NCBI GenBank assembly: GCA_051294905.1 | Contig: CM119384.1 | Location: 5,270,001 to 5,334,000, forward strand | Length of the DNA: 64,000 nucleotides | Direction: 5' to 3' | Source of the DNA: Botryllus schlosseri | Lineage: Eukaryota | Part shown: positions 1-14,300 of the stretch, in pieces | Layout of the letters: every line of letters starts with the position of its first letter | Numbering within the stretch: position 1 is the stretch's first letter | Position numbers and translations under genes: made by a program | Notes under the pieces: model-generated | What the model was told of the DNA's origin: nothing | The model's database searches: none | The model's input: the letters and a program-made list of their open reading frames with translations, nothing else

Positions 1-1463
1 GTGTTTGATTTCGATATTTTGACTGTCTTATGATGCTTTCCTTGCATTTCAGGATTACTTGTTACCAGTTACTAACAATTTGCAGTCCACACAACCCCAA
101 GTTTCTCTCTGCACACTATCATAACTCAGTTTCTCCATAAGCAAACCATTGTTAAATTGACGTAACACCGTCATCGATAATAATGTATGATTGCTCTCTT
201 ACTTTTTGGTGTCTGTGTTGGTTGCAATACAATTGATCGGTGACTTACCTATCGTACATTGACCTGCCGACCAATACATAGCCGCTCCAGCTCTAAAACC
301 GCTCCATTACCTGACGAGTAATGTAGCTTGTCGATGGCTCATATCGAATGAATTTTGCCGAACACTGACACTGTTTTGATGATATATTCTATATGATTTC
401 TTACGTAGCGTAGTGTTGCAGTTGGCAGCAGCAGGATAATGTGGCTTAGATATTCGGCATTTAATCTGCCACTCGAAGCTGTATTTTTGGACTTAATTCA
501 CTGCCGGATGGATTAAATTCCGCACTTCCTAACATAGACAAGACATTCTACATGCTCCGGTAATCATAGTTCGATTATTTCAATTTTTGGTTAGTTCATT
601 GGATCTGGTCCCAACTTAGTGTTTCTTATTATCCATTTATAACGATTCTCAATATGTTTGTAGCTGTATGCCTTTCTGCCTCAGATTTCCAATCAATTAA
701 CAATCTGTTTGAACAGCTGTAATATATCTTGGATTATTTTATTACATTAATTGAAAAAATTCAATAGCAAACCTCCGGAGGTCAAACCGTGCAAACTGAT
801 TATTCCGCTACTTACGGATATGCTTTCTTTTAAAAGATGTGCAATCATTGGATGGATAGAATCAGTATCCAATTCATGTACTTCTGACGTCGAACCGAAT
901 GCTATCAAGCTAATAAGTATCTCGTTGCTTAATCCATTTCTGGTTACTAATTAGTTGTTTGAAACTACAGGCAGAAAATGTTGATTGTACCGATGGACTG
1001 TGCATCGATTAGACTTGTTTGTATTCATCCTGACAACCTTTATGATATTGTAACAAACAATTGCAGTGAAGATCGATATATTCATGTAACGGAAATATAC
1101 GCCCTCCATAGTAAGAGTTATATCATCAACAAAAAATATAGTTCCGAATATTCCCGCCATAGTAGCCTCGAAACCTTGATCTTACCTCAGCATCCAAAAC
1201 ATGTCGCACATGTCTAATAATATTCACGGAAAGGACATTATGTGGGTAGAGATAGCACTGCCGTAAAGTACTGTGAAATTGTCATGGTCTAGGAATACAA
1301 CATTATTTTTGATGAGTGATGACATAACTGCTATTATTATCATTCTCCTTGAATGACATCATCGCTGTTACAGCATCCTCATAGGGGTGCTTAAATAATG
1401 ACTGGAGCCTTGATACTCAATTCAGAATCGAATCCCTAGGTACTCGATTTTGCCCAGCTCTAA

Positions 1464-1889
<426 letters not shown>

Positions 1890-4283
1890 TGGGATATTTT
1901 TACCCGGCGCTAAAGACAGATGGTAATCTAGTAGCTAATTCGTTGGGAAGTGCGCCGATTGATGTACAGGTCTGCCCGAAGGGACTTCCGTATATAAAAC
2001 TGATTTGTCATTGCCGTTTATGGGATGTGACTAATGATTTTGAGTTCCGTGCCTGTACCATTTTGAATGCGCTACCCGCCTCTGCCAACCGATTTGGAAT
2101 ACTTGTCGGTGCGCATTTACGCAAGCTTGGCGTCTCGCATACTGCGTGTACTGATCCCAACGACATTTTACATGTCTTTTCAATCTCTGATATGATATCT
2201 AGATGTCCGTTTTTCGCACTCTGATGTCGGATTAGGATTAAGAGCCGAGCATGTGTCTTTGTGTGTGATTTTTGTTACTATAATAACGGTCGCAATTTAT
2301 ATTACCACAGGGGCGAGTTTTATACCTGCACAACCCGGCTGTTCTTGCGCGTGACTACGTAGAATCGGGCGGCTTTATTGTCGCGCCCGCCTGCCAAGCT
2401 TTGAACTGCAATGGTAAACATACGCAGTTAGTAGGCGTATTACTTTTGTGTCGCTTGTGATGGGTTTTATTTGTGTATAACTCGATTGTTTTTGTAGTAA
2501 ATTTCATTGATTGCCGCCACAGGGCGGTCAGTTTACCGCGCGTTTGATTTAGAACCGAGAGGGCGTTCGTAGGATAGGTACGAAGTTATCACTGCTGCCT
2601 TATTTTCAGCATCTGCGCTCAACGTTCAAGATATCAAGTTTAGAATGAGCCACGCGGATCTGCGGCTGCACTTTTGCTTGCTGTGGTGAGCGACTTTCTA
2701 GGCTAACGTGGTACAGCAACGCAGCTTCGTGTTGTAGGGTAGTTTTCGCTTTGCTCTGTGATACCGATTCTCGAGAGGTGGTTGTGCGTCTAGAATCTTA
2801 GCTTTCCGACACTCTGGGCAGTCGCTAACAGTTGGCTTTTCTTTATTTCAAACTTCCTCGCGGGAGAATGCGCTTTGACTCGGCGGAGGTGGTATTGAGA
2901 TGGTCTAGCGTGCCAGGATTTTCTGCGAAATGGGTTTGTATGCTTTCGGAAATGATGAGAAAGTGTGACGCATGTTTTTGTTGCAGATGGGTTCAGTCGG
3001 AAGATGGAGTGGACCGACTCGAGCAAGGTAGACCTTACGTTTGGGAAGTGGAAGATGCTATGCGTCGATACTATGAATTGGGAGCAATGCTTTTACTGAG
3101 TGGGCAACAGGCAAAAATGTGGATGATTTTTGTATTCTGTATGGTGCTGGGAAGGGTGTATCCAAATATTGAGGCTCGGACGTGGTATATAATGGTCGCT
3201 TACTAAAACTTCCAAAATGCGGTTGTAAACCGTGATCGACTGAACATTTACTCCGAAATTCTGTTATTAATCAATTCGTCCTAGTTCGTGTAGTCGGACA
3301 AAATTGGTGCATAAACTATAAAACAGATTTCGTCAAAGTAGTGCAAGTAGAAATAACGGGAATTTCTGCTCGCTAGCGGGTACAAGTATTTATTTTCAAC
3401 AGGTAGCAAAGCCACTTAAAGCAGGAGTAGTGTACAGAAGCTCTGGAAAGTACTCGGGTAATTTCAAAAGGTAGATTTGATCCAATGGTAGCGTGCTTTC
3501 GGCTATCACCATTTGAAGTTGTATGATACATCTACAATACCACTGCAAGATCGCTGACAAAATAACAGTACGGCACAAAATATATTCAGTTACAATAGTG
3601 AGATAGGTGATATTTCACTGAAAGTGGTACAAACTTATCTTGCAGCTACTTTACACTCCTTAAAGTTCACAGTGTGAAAAGGAAGTCGTGTTGAGTGGAA
3701 CTAGTCTAGAACAACCACATCAGTATGTAGTTCAAGTAGGTAAAGCTTACTTGAGTACTCCAATATGGTGGAAGTAGGCCTACTTCCTTTCTTCCCGCCT
3801 CCGGCATATGCTTACACCATTGGTGGGCAACTTGCGGGCGTGGACAAAAATACGAAATCATTTTGTAATTTTCATATAGTGGCGTCCATTGCAATCTGAG
3901 CCCTATAGTACAGATGCGGACAGCAGAGGAAAATAGGCGGCCCATATATAGAAATACCAACTTGTAATCGACACCGACAATCCCGATGGGAGGTCAAGTA
4001 ATAACAGCATGCAACAAAGTGTCTAATATTGGCCCACCCGAAGATCCATCATCATTCATAACTTGCCCTAAGTTTTCGAAAACACCCCCTCCATCAACTG
4101 TGGGTACCGGTGAATCTGATCACATGGTCTGAGAAAGGATAAATGCTTGATAGGAGTATACAAGCAGTTTTGTAGTAATTGACGCCATGAAGATGCAGTA
4201 CTTGGCAATCGGGTTTGAGGTTGCATCCGATGCGTGAAAGATCGATTTCCTTCTCGGATTCTGCTCCATCTCGACGCTAGGCT

Positions 4284-4985
4284 GGGGTTACCAAATTACG
4301 GACACTCTTCAGCGCCCACTAGTGGATTTCAACATGAGTTATGACGTCGCGCTAGAAAAGCTTTGCTCATAGACCAGAGCTGGTCACGATCCGATTCAGT
4401 AGTATGTGGCAGTATGTTGGGTAACCGATCCAGTGGTTTCCAACATTTTATGATCGCGACTCCATCTCCAATTTGAAAATGTTCCGTGGCCCAGATCAAA
4501 ATTTGACGAACTGATTACTAAAAGAAGTCAGCAACTTTTCCCGGACTTACTCACGGGCAATTTTGGAACCTCGCAAACCCCAGAATAAAGCCAAACGACG
4601 CCCACGTTTGGAACCACTATCTTTGAATAAAGCATTTAAACGGCCTTAACGATCTCTAGGAATATACCGTTCTCCTATAATTGCGATTACAATTAGGCTT
4701 ATATTCCAGTAATGAAAGTCGTTTTTATTTATATTTTATTGCAGTTTTTGCGAGGGTTGTAGTCTCCATATTAAAATCAATAAATGTTATAGTAAATCGC
4801 GCGCAGCGCGAAGAAAAATATCATGCATCAGCATAAATAGTCCCAAAAATAATGTTTTTATGTTGATTTACGAAAAAATTATGAGCCTACGTCAAGTCTT
4901 CAAAATTCCGGACATTTAGCATATTTTAGAAATTCCTCCCGGACGCTAGCTTGAACAGTGAAATTCCGGACGTATGGCAACCCTA
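4284..4985. mobile_element. Degenerate hAT-type non-autonomous element (TAGGGTTGCC-type TIR)
   Basis: The left end ggggttaccaaattacggac and right end tccggacgtatggcaaccct(a) are imperfect inverted repeats. No clean TSD was seen. Confidence 0.4.
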
Positions 4986-5332
4986 CGCTAGGCAGGCATT
5001 GTCGATTATTATAGCAGCACTCCGCAGTGAAAGAGCATCGATTTCTGAATATGTATAGTCCATCTCTTCGTCGCGCGTCTGCTTCTACATAATCTCTGAG
5101 TTGTTCGTCACTTGCAATCGATTGATTATTATTATCTGAATGCCATGAGAAAATAGCTTAATAAGTTTGCCCGCGACGTGAGTTCATGGACGTGAACGTA
5201 TATTGATCGAATAATTTTTGTATGTGAATTGAAAAAAGAAGCTGCGGCTGAAAATAAAGACTGTTGTATTTGTGTACTCCGCCAATGCAGTTGATCACTA
5301 TAATTGAGTTCGGATACTAACGGATGCCTACT

Positions 5333-8300
5333 ATGAAGCTGTCCAATTGTATATGTGTAGGGGTTTTAACTGTTTTCGTCTATACCTGCGCGGGTAAGTG
5401 GGTGCGTGTATAGGCCTATATTCGTTAGCTCGCTCGGGTATGATAGTCACCTCCAGCGGCAATTAGTCCTAGGGTTACCATTCGCCCTCCTTTATGACTA
5501 TTTGTCCTCTTTTTTCAGGTTTTTGAAAATGTCCTCCTTGAGATTTTGTCCTCTTTTTTGAGAATTTTGGTTAAATATAGGGCAAAATTCGACTGACATA
5601 CAGTAAATGAGCATTGAGGCAACGCTCCACGGCTATTTCGGGAGCTGACCCGGAAAGTAGACTCTTTTTTACTTTTTATTTTTAGTCTACCGACCACGAA
5701 ATGGAAAAAATTTACCATTTTTTCAAGATTTTCTTCCGTTATTCTAAGTTTGAAAATTTTGTAAAAGTGTCCTCCTTTCCCGACTCTAAAATGCGGTAAC
5801 CCTATTTTATACAAACTACAAATCTAGTAAGTTGACTGTCAACTATTATTATGTTCTTCAGTAGTTCTAGTTAAGGACTTTAAAAAGTCAGTACAGGGAT
5901 ATATAGAACTCTATATATCCCTGAGTCAGTATAGTTCTATATTGTTGTGCGTTTAATAAAGAATTATAGTTGCCAGACAACTACAGAAAACACGTATCGG
6001 CGTGAATCGTGATATCGGTATTCTGTTGTGTGATGTTCTTACGGCCACTGCCAGATCAGAGTCATCACTTTGCTACCAGTGGCGTGGCTTATTTTGGGGT
6101 TGACAACCCCCCTCACTCCAAACTTCTACTGATGTTCATGTGGAAAAGCCAATTCGGTAAAACAAAAATCAATGTAGGAATCGAATCTATAGTTAATTGT
6201 GTTTAGTTAGGCCTGGTTAGTTGCAGATTGCGTGAGTAGTTCTTGTTCTAGTTTGAAATTATAGTAGGCCAGGCCTTAGTAAGTGAATGTAAGTATAAGT
6301 GCAGTGCTTTCATTTGACAGGCTCTATGCTCTTAAAAGACATCGCCTACGTATTGTATGAATGCTGGCTACGTTGTTTAAAGTTAAGAATGAGTTCACCG
6401 TTACATCCATTATTGACATGATCCAACTGATACGGCCGGCCGAACTAACTATAACCTCTCTGACTCTGAGCAGTTCCGTAAACAGGGATGCTCTCATGCC
6501 CCCTTTGCCTGTCTTACCATCCTTAAAGCCTTTGTACAGTCTCCTTCTGTTTCGGAACCATGCTCTTAATTTACATCGTAAGCCACGCGGGAATAATTTA
6601 TGATTCGCAATTTTTTTCTGGGCGCAGGTTCGGTGGTGGAAGAAAAGTTGGTAGAATTCTTATTCAAGAACTACACGAAGCACGTGCAACCCTTAACAAA
6701 AGTGAACGAGGCTGTCCGTGTCCAGTTCATCGTAACTTTACTTCAACTCATTAGGTAAAACCTACAGCTGAGCTCTGTTAGTAGCCAAAATGTTCTATAC
6801 CATCACATGTGCTTTCTTGAAGTGTCGACGAAAAGTCGGAGGAAATGACAACATCTCAATATGTTACCCTGAATTGGAATGATTCTAGATTACGGTGGAA
6901 CTCTCGGGACTTCGAGGGAATGGAAATTATGAGAATACCGTCTGATTTTGTCTGGAAACCGGACGTCGCACTCAACAACAAGTATGCTAGGTTGTAAATA
7001 TGATACGATATAACACAGCGCATTTTCGCATTCAATATGCAAGTTCAGTTTATTAATAATTCCCTGATTTGGAAGACTAATCCAAGTCGTTTCGACACCT
7101 TCCCATATACCTTTTCATCATATCGCAATCTCATGGTGTTCTAATTAAAGTGACAAAATATCGGCCTGGTGTATGACCATGACCAAAGTAGTCGATACAC
7201 ATCATGAATGCTATAACAACAGCCTCCGCATTACCTGCGAAATATAGTGTTCAACGCAGTCTCGTTCTCTATTATATTTGATATAGCGATGTGGTCCCTC
7301 TTAATTTTATAGTTGTATTGCTGAACGTGAACACATTGCAATCTTACAACGAAGACGCAATGGAGCTGATGTATTAACTTCTAGATTGGTTCTTTTCGAT
7401 AGGAATGTTTTGATCGCACGTGCAGGTCCTTTCGAGTCATAAGGAGAACCATATATTGGAGTGGCTACTGGCACTGGCCAAAGAACCTTTCTTACTCGCA
7501 GCCCTACAGTCAGCTACGATCAGCATAACCCGAAGAGTCAGGGCGCGTTTAAGGTGGTATAGAAAATAAAAGCCACAGTCCCGTGTTTATTTTCCTGGAC
7601 ATGTTCGAATCCACTCATACTCTTGAGATATATTTAGATAGGCTGTCCACAGTGTTCAGTGATGTCAACTGGTACGTTTGTCACCAGGATTTAACGCCCA
7701 ATAATTAGGATTCCGGGGCTTTTTGTGACCAAGAAAAATCCTATACACCCATTATTTCTACAATCAATATAGTAATAGGCCTACTATTATTCAGGCACTT
7801 AGCACTAGCAGGGCGTGTGAGGTTTGATGTTTATTGCGGATGCCTGTCGCTGATAGCTGAGAGAAGATTGGATAGGACCTATCCTTATCAATCCAAATAT
7901 GAAGATGTTATTCTATTATATTATCTTTTGATAAGAGGGCGAATTGGAGCGAACTTGGGAATTTCTACAATATAGCGAGATAGATGAATGAGAGATACTG
8001 TTCCGCAGAATCTGACGGGTTCGATTGACGCGATTCTTATGCAGGGGTCGGCAAACCCCCGCACCCGTGGCATTTGTGACACGCGAGATGATTTTTCATG
8101 GCACGCCAAATGATTTGACGAACACGTCATATTATAACCATGTTTGTTGCAAAACATGTCACATAAGTTATCAAAATGGAAAAAGCTAAAATTATTTGAT
8201 AAATCAACATAATGCAATGTCTTTTGGGGCAGTTTTTTTTTTATATCCTAGACATATTTTTTTCGCGCTCCTCGCGATTTACCGCGACATAATTTCTTGC

Positions 8301-11300
8301 TTTGGGGAAACCCACTAAAATATGTATACGGCAACCTAATATCGTATGAAACCGTTTGGATGCTTTATCCCAGGAGTGTGCATGTGCTATTGTGCTTGTA
8401 TGTGCAGTGTGCACTGTGCAGCCTGTGGGATTGCGAATATTTTATAGGAACCAGCATTTTGGCCAAGGGCATTTTCACAATGCGAGACACGCGTTCGGCA
8501 ACATGAGAATCCATGAGCTGTGTGATGAACCAGACCAATGAGCTTATGGTAGGCTTTTATTAACAATATCCCGACTAGCGGTGACACAATAAACTACAGC
8601 GATCCTCACTAGGTAAGGTCAGATGCATAAATCAGTGTTGCCAACTACGGATGGGAGAAAATCTCTAAAACAGGTGTCAAAAATCGCTAGATGTCGCTAA
8701 ATATTGAGAAAAAAAGTGCTAAAAAATAGCGCAAAATCCGCATTAATTGCCAAAGGTGTTAAATTGGATCAATATAGCAATACATTCTTCTCAGCTATAT
8801 TTCACTCGTCTGGGGCCTAAGTCACTTATCATATTTCTAGTTCATAATACGTAATAGTCTTCTCTAAGCGGGACAAAACGTGCAGCGCATTTCTATAAAG
8901 CAGATCGCTTTGCGCAATGATCGCTATACGTGACCACCGACCAGGTTTGCAGGCATAACCGCTCACTATATAAGCGTGCCTTGCTCGATGCGTCCGTGAA
9001 TACGTTATGCGATGTACGATGGAAATGCGCTTGACTTCTCTAAACTGTGTTGGGAGTACTCGCACACGACATGTGACTTGACACACGTGTACGCGACATG
9101 CGACTTGACCCGACACAACGCGACTTGAACCGTGTTTGCCAGCCACTATAAGTACAGACCTTAAGAAAATAATCCGAGGACCAACCCGGGGTATGCAATT
9201 TAATTAATCTGGTCTTAAGCGAAAGCTAGTGTCACACTGATTCCGACAATACGAATTATATTCTTGTCAAGACAATGGAACGACCTCAAAACAGCCCCCA
9301 AAGTCTGAAAATCGCCATTGATCAGAATATACTCGCTGGACGAAATTGGTCATTGTTATGGTAATTGCGTTGCGGCGGTGCCATTGATGAAGCAATGCCG
9401 ATTTTCGGGCTTTGAGGGCTGTTTCGGGGCGCATGGTTCCATTGTCATGACGAGATTTTATTTTGTATTTTCGAAATCACTGCGACACTAGCTTTCGATC
9501 ATGGCAAATTATATTAAATTTCAGCACTCAGCTCTCCAGATGTAGCACTGACAAGACAATTATGCTCAGCAAGAAGAAACACTGTTTGCCCATGCGTAAC
9601 CGCCAGGAGTTGCGTATCTACTATCTATTCGTAGATTAGAAATTTATAATTATACATCATCGGAGTCCGCACTCTGGTGACCGGTATAGCCAATGCAATC
9701 CTCGGCCAGAACTGATCTTTAGTGGTTATTTTGGGTAAAAAAGCGCTAAATAATCGCTAAATACTTTTTCAAAAATCGCTAGAATTATCGCTAGGCGCTA
9801 GATCCATATTTTTTGGCGCTAAACCGGATGAAAAAACGCTAGATCTAGCTCGAAAATCGCCAAATAGGCAACACTGGCATAAATGAATGATTACTGCGCT
9901 GGTAGCACCATGATCGCTCAAGTCATGGGGCATGACAGCGCTCATGTGATGCGCTATAGCGAATCCGGCAAAACACGACACGCTGTGTGCGTTGCCAAAA
10001 TGATTTACAGGGGTTGGCACATTGTTATCAGCAGGCCATATCTCATCATAAAATCTTTGATGAGCCTGTCAGTTATTGGCTAAGGTACCGAACACAGTAT
10101 ACTTGGAAACGATCAAGGCAGCCACAGAAGATCAATCATTATACGCGACTAAATTTAAATGGTGCACACATTGCGGACATTTAGGCGACCAAAATGTATA
10201 CCCTTCGAAACCAATGCAGCACCAATCACTGACGTAATCGATGCCGTTGCCAGCTGCAGACAGGTGGCCGGTGTGATTTCTTGCTTGAAACGCTAAATAT
10301 GACAAAATGAAACATGCTTGGCTCGCTAGTTGGTATATTTTTCACAATTCGCTTCATACGAAAGGTTGTCGGCCCCTGCTATAATGGCATAACCTAGGCC
10401 TATAGCACACGGACATTGGTGATGATAGTTGATTAGGCTATATTATATGCGAGAGGAATATGGATACCTGATACTGACGCACGAAAATGCCAATAAACAA
10501 AGCAGACAGTATTCAAAGACATTTCAATTCACGATTTGTGTAGATATATTCTTTTTAGCCTCGACGGTCAATACGACACATCAACCCCCGTGAACGCTCT
10601 GGTGAAGCACACCGGCGAAGTCGAATGGATGCCTCCTGCGATTTACAAGAGTTCATGCAGTATCCAAGTAAAATACTTTCCGTTCGATTGGCAGAACTGT
10701 TCACTTCGGTCAGTAATCACAGTGCGTAGCCGCCATTTGCCCTATACAACTCAAACGTGGCAGGGCTTTGTGTTCAGATTTCAGAGTTACGGATATGATA
10801 CTGATGATATATTCCTTTTTTCTGCGTACGATAAGGTTGTTGTGGACAAAGCTGCGTATACAGACAATGGTTAGTTCGTTTTGTGCTATAAGAATCAGGA
10901 CTACACAGAAGCCACATATACATTTTGGGAGGGGGCAACAGAGTCCCTGTACGGATCTGACCAGTAAATATCGGCGTTATCTATTTTGTTAAGTCATCTT
11001 ATAACACAATACAATATTGATAAACTGTTTACCATGACATCGATGTACTTAACTTTAATATCCACGCCAGATTGACTGTGGATGTAGAATCTAAACTTGG
11101 GCATGCAGCTGCCCCCACCACTGACACTGATGCACTTGTTTAGGAGAATGGGAAATCATTCATTGCCCGGTTACGCAAAATACGAAGCGATCAATGTATG
11201 AGAGTCAAGGAATCACGATGTATTTGATTATCAGAAGAAAACCGCTTTTTTACATCGTGCATATTTTGGTGCCATGCATGATTATTTCCTGTCTCTCGGT

Positions 11301-14300
11301 GGGTGCATTTTCTCTTCCTAATGAGAGCTGCGAGAAGACGAATATGAGTATTTCACTTTTGCTTGGTGAGTCTAAGAATATTTGAAATGGATATAGTCGC
11401 AAGTTTCCAATGCTTAACTGATGTCGTTATTCATTGTGTGGCATATGCTGATATGTGTCGGGTATCCAACTAACCATTTTGATACCGTCCTCTTTAGTCT
11501 CTTATTGGCCTAATTATCGGAATCTATAATCTATCGAGCGGCTACACTGCGACCTCGTGTGTTGTGCACAGTGGATGCATTCACGCAACAATGACGATAT
11601 ATTAGTCACCTGAAACATTGTTGGACAAAAGAAAACTTTTTTAATATTTTGATCAATGCCAATTGCCGGGGAAACAGCACAACAGCTGACTATAGCCAGA
11701 GCCCCGACTTTAATTTCCTACTTTGGTTGACGGACTGATTAACATTTAGGTTTGCCGGTCTACCTTCTTCTGTTGGCGAAACGAGTTCCAGAAACATCGC
11801 TAGCGATTCCCGTGATAGGCGCGTACTTGCTATTCACCATGGGCATGGTCACTGCATCCGTGATATTCAGGTAATTTATAAATTAATTTATAATTTGTAT
11901 AGCACCAGTGGAATGTCGTTCCACATTACTCCATGAATAATTATATCTAGGTATAACATTATTGCTGGATTTGAAACCTACTGCTACGAGGGGATGCTCC
12001 TGTAATCCAAGTTTTTTTAAACTATATGCTCTCACGATGAGGGAAAAATGCTTATAAGCAGATTAGAATCTTAGCTGCGCCAATTTTCACACATGGCTTT
12101 GCAGAAACATTATTATTTAATCAATAATTGCGTTGATTTAGACTATTATTGTTAAATGACATTTGACCCATTTCCATTTCCACCGCTTGCGCATGTATGT
12201 GTCCCCCGAATAAAAACCAATAATCAATATTCATTTTCTTTTTGTAGTGTCTTGTTATCGAACGTGTACCATTCGTCAAAGTTGACTCGAGAAATGGGGC
12301 CGAGATTTCGTTACATTTTCCTTACTGTCATACCGCCCTTGATAGGCATGAATCACCGGATCCAAAGCCTGCGACGAAGCCTCCGTGATCTTAGCCAATC
12401 GACCCTTGCGGGGAACGCTACTCTAACTAAAGTTTATTCCAGGGTAATAGCATGTACCTAAAATCCAATGTATTGCAAATACGTGGTACTAAACCTATTC
12501 AACATCATAATAGTTTATAGTCTAGGGTCACGATGAATGTTCCCTCTAATTTTCGACGAGTCTGCGCACACTCACCAACTCACTGCGCAGACCCTTGGAC
12601 AACAGTGTTTAACGACTAAAAAAAGGTCATCACTTCGTATTTCTTGCAGTGTTGGGATGACTCGAGTCATGACTTGACTCGAGTCAGACTCGAGTCAACT
12701 TTTTCGTATGACTTGACTTAGACTCGAGTCACTTTGGAAAAATGACTTGACTTGACTCGAAGCTTCAAAAATGCGCATTGACTCGTGACTCGGAGCAAAA
12801 TTTACGAGTCAATTTCAAGTCATCAAGTAAACGGTGTCGAATAAATCACTGTATCTTGTGCATGTTCGGATTGTTCGAGATACGCCGGTGTCACTTGTGA
12901 GAGCAACCAGTCATTCACTGATCGTACGATACACTGATCCTCGATTGTTAGGTCACAAATAAATAGACCGCAAACTAAAGTATCACAGCTTGCGTTGTCG
13001 TATTAGTAGTAGTAGTAGTAGTAGTAGAACCGGGGTCGGCAACCTTTTGCTAGTCACGGGCCAAATTTCGAGTGCACAACTTTTTGGCGGGCCGGAATTT
13101 TTCTTAATACTATATTTAACGCTCACTTCGGTATATTACCCTACATTGCTGCAATGTCAATCATACAAATCACAAAATGAGCAAAACACATGTATTTACA
13201 CCTCAACACCGCAGGATAAATGTGACACTTGGCGCAGCTTGCTTTGTTAAAGGTTTTCAACTTCTGGTAACAAGTCAGATGAAGCCAGAATCGGACCATA
13301 TTCCAAATGGGCGTTGGAATAAGTGATCTTAGCTTGCTCTTCGTGAATTTCATTGCTGAAAACTACTGTTGACATGCGTACGTGCTACCAAAAGTGGATA
13401 CCCTTTCTTTTGCATTGTTGGTCAAGCTGTGATAAAGACCCATTTTGATAGCGTAGCCTACCCTTTATCAAAGTCATGCAGCGATATTCTTTTTGTACAA
13501 AATTTGTCATTCAATTCAATTGCATCGCATTTCCAGAGGGCCCATTTGTAATTTTTAGGCAATGGTATTGGCGTCCACATTAAACGGAGTACTGAGTATT
13601 CAGAATTTATTTTGTACGAATGTCGGAAATGCGGGTGGAAATTCAGTAATTGAATTTCGTATCACAGTTACAAATGTATAGTTCTGGTGCTAGGTTTACT
13701 CTCCTCCAGTATAGAAAAGTGGGCATGATGTTATTTGTACTATTGACATTACCAGAGTCGCAGTTTTGTTTCTAATGCGCCTCAACATCTCATGTATTCA
13801 GTTGCTTTCCCCCTGCGAAGTTGCAAATTCAATTTGTTTATATGTGACGTTAAATGTACTACGAAAGCAATATTAGATACCCATTTTCGATTACAAGACT
13901 ATGAGTCGACGATGATTGTATTTTCAAGGAAAGTTGCTATTTCATTTCTCAGTTCATACACTCGTGCAAGCATAGCTGCTCGACTTAATGCGCGAGCATG
14001 GCAGATATACAGAACATCGTCATATTGATTCATCTGGAGAAACTGTCGGTGATTCAGTTTGTGAGACAAAATCAACTTCACCATAGTGTCAAAAACGCTA
14101 TTCAGGTTTGCTGTCTTGGCGTGCAATGTCTTCTGGTGAATTAAACTACAGACGATAACCTGAGGCTAGTTATCTGTGATGAAGCAGGGAAAGTTTGAGA
14201 TTTTGTCATTGCGCCTGAGATGTTTCAAGCGTTCTTGAGCAGAGGAACGGCACCTTTATTGTCACACCCCAGCACAGTGGCAAACCCTTTAAAAACTATG

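Noticed and set aside
2832-3206. 124-aa ORF, or a small exon at ~2986-3026 with acceptor and donor-like ends
   Set aside because: No recognisable homology and not needed for the nAChR model, which has its own signal-peptide exon at 5333.
8829-9146. 105-aa minus-strand ORF as transposase
   Set aside because: Arises from low-complexity gacttga/cgacatg repeats; no transposase motifs.
12657-12810. GACTTGACTCGAGTC arrays (also ~15015-15195) as a CRISPR-like array
   Set aside because: Irregular short repeats with no unique spacers, located symmetrically inside hAT TIRs; these are subterminal transposase-binding repeats in a eukaryotic intron.
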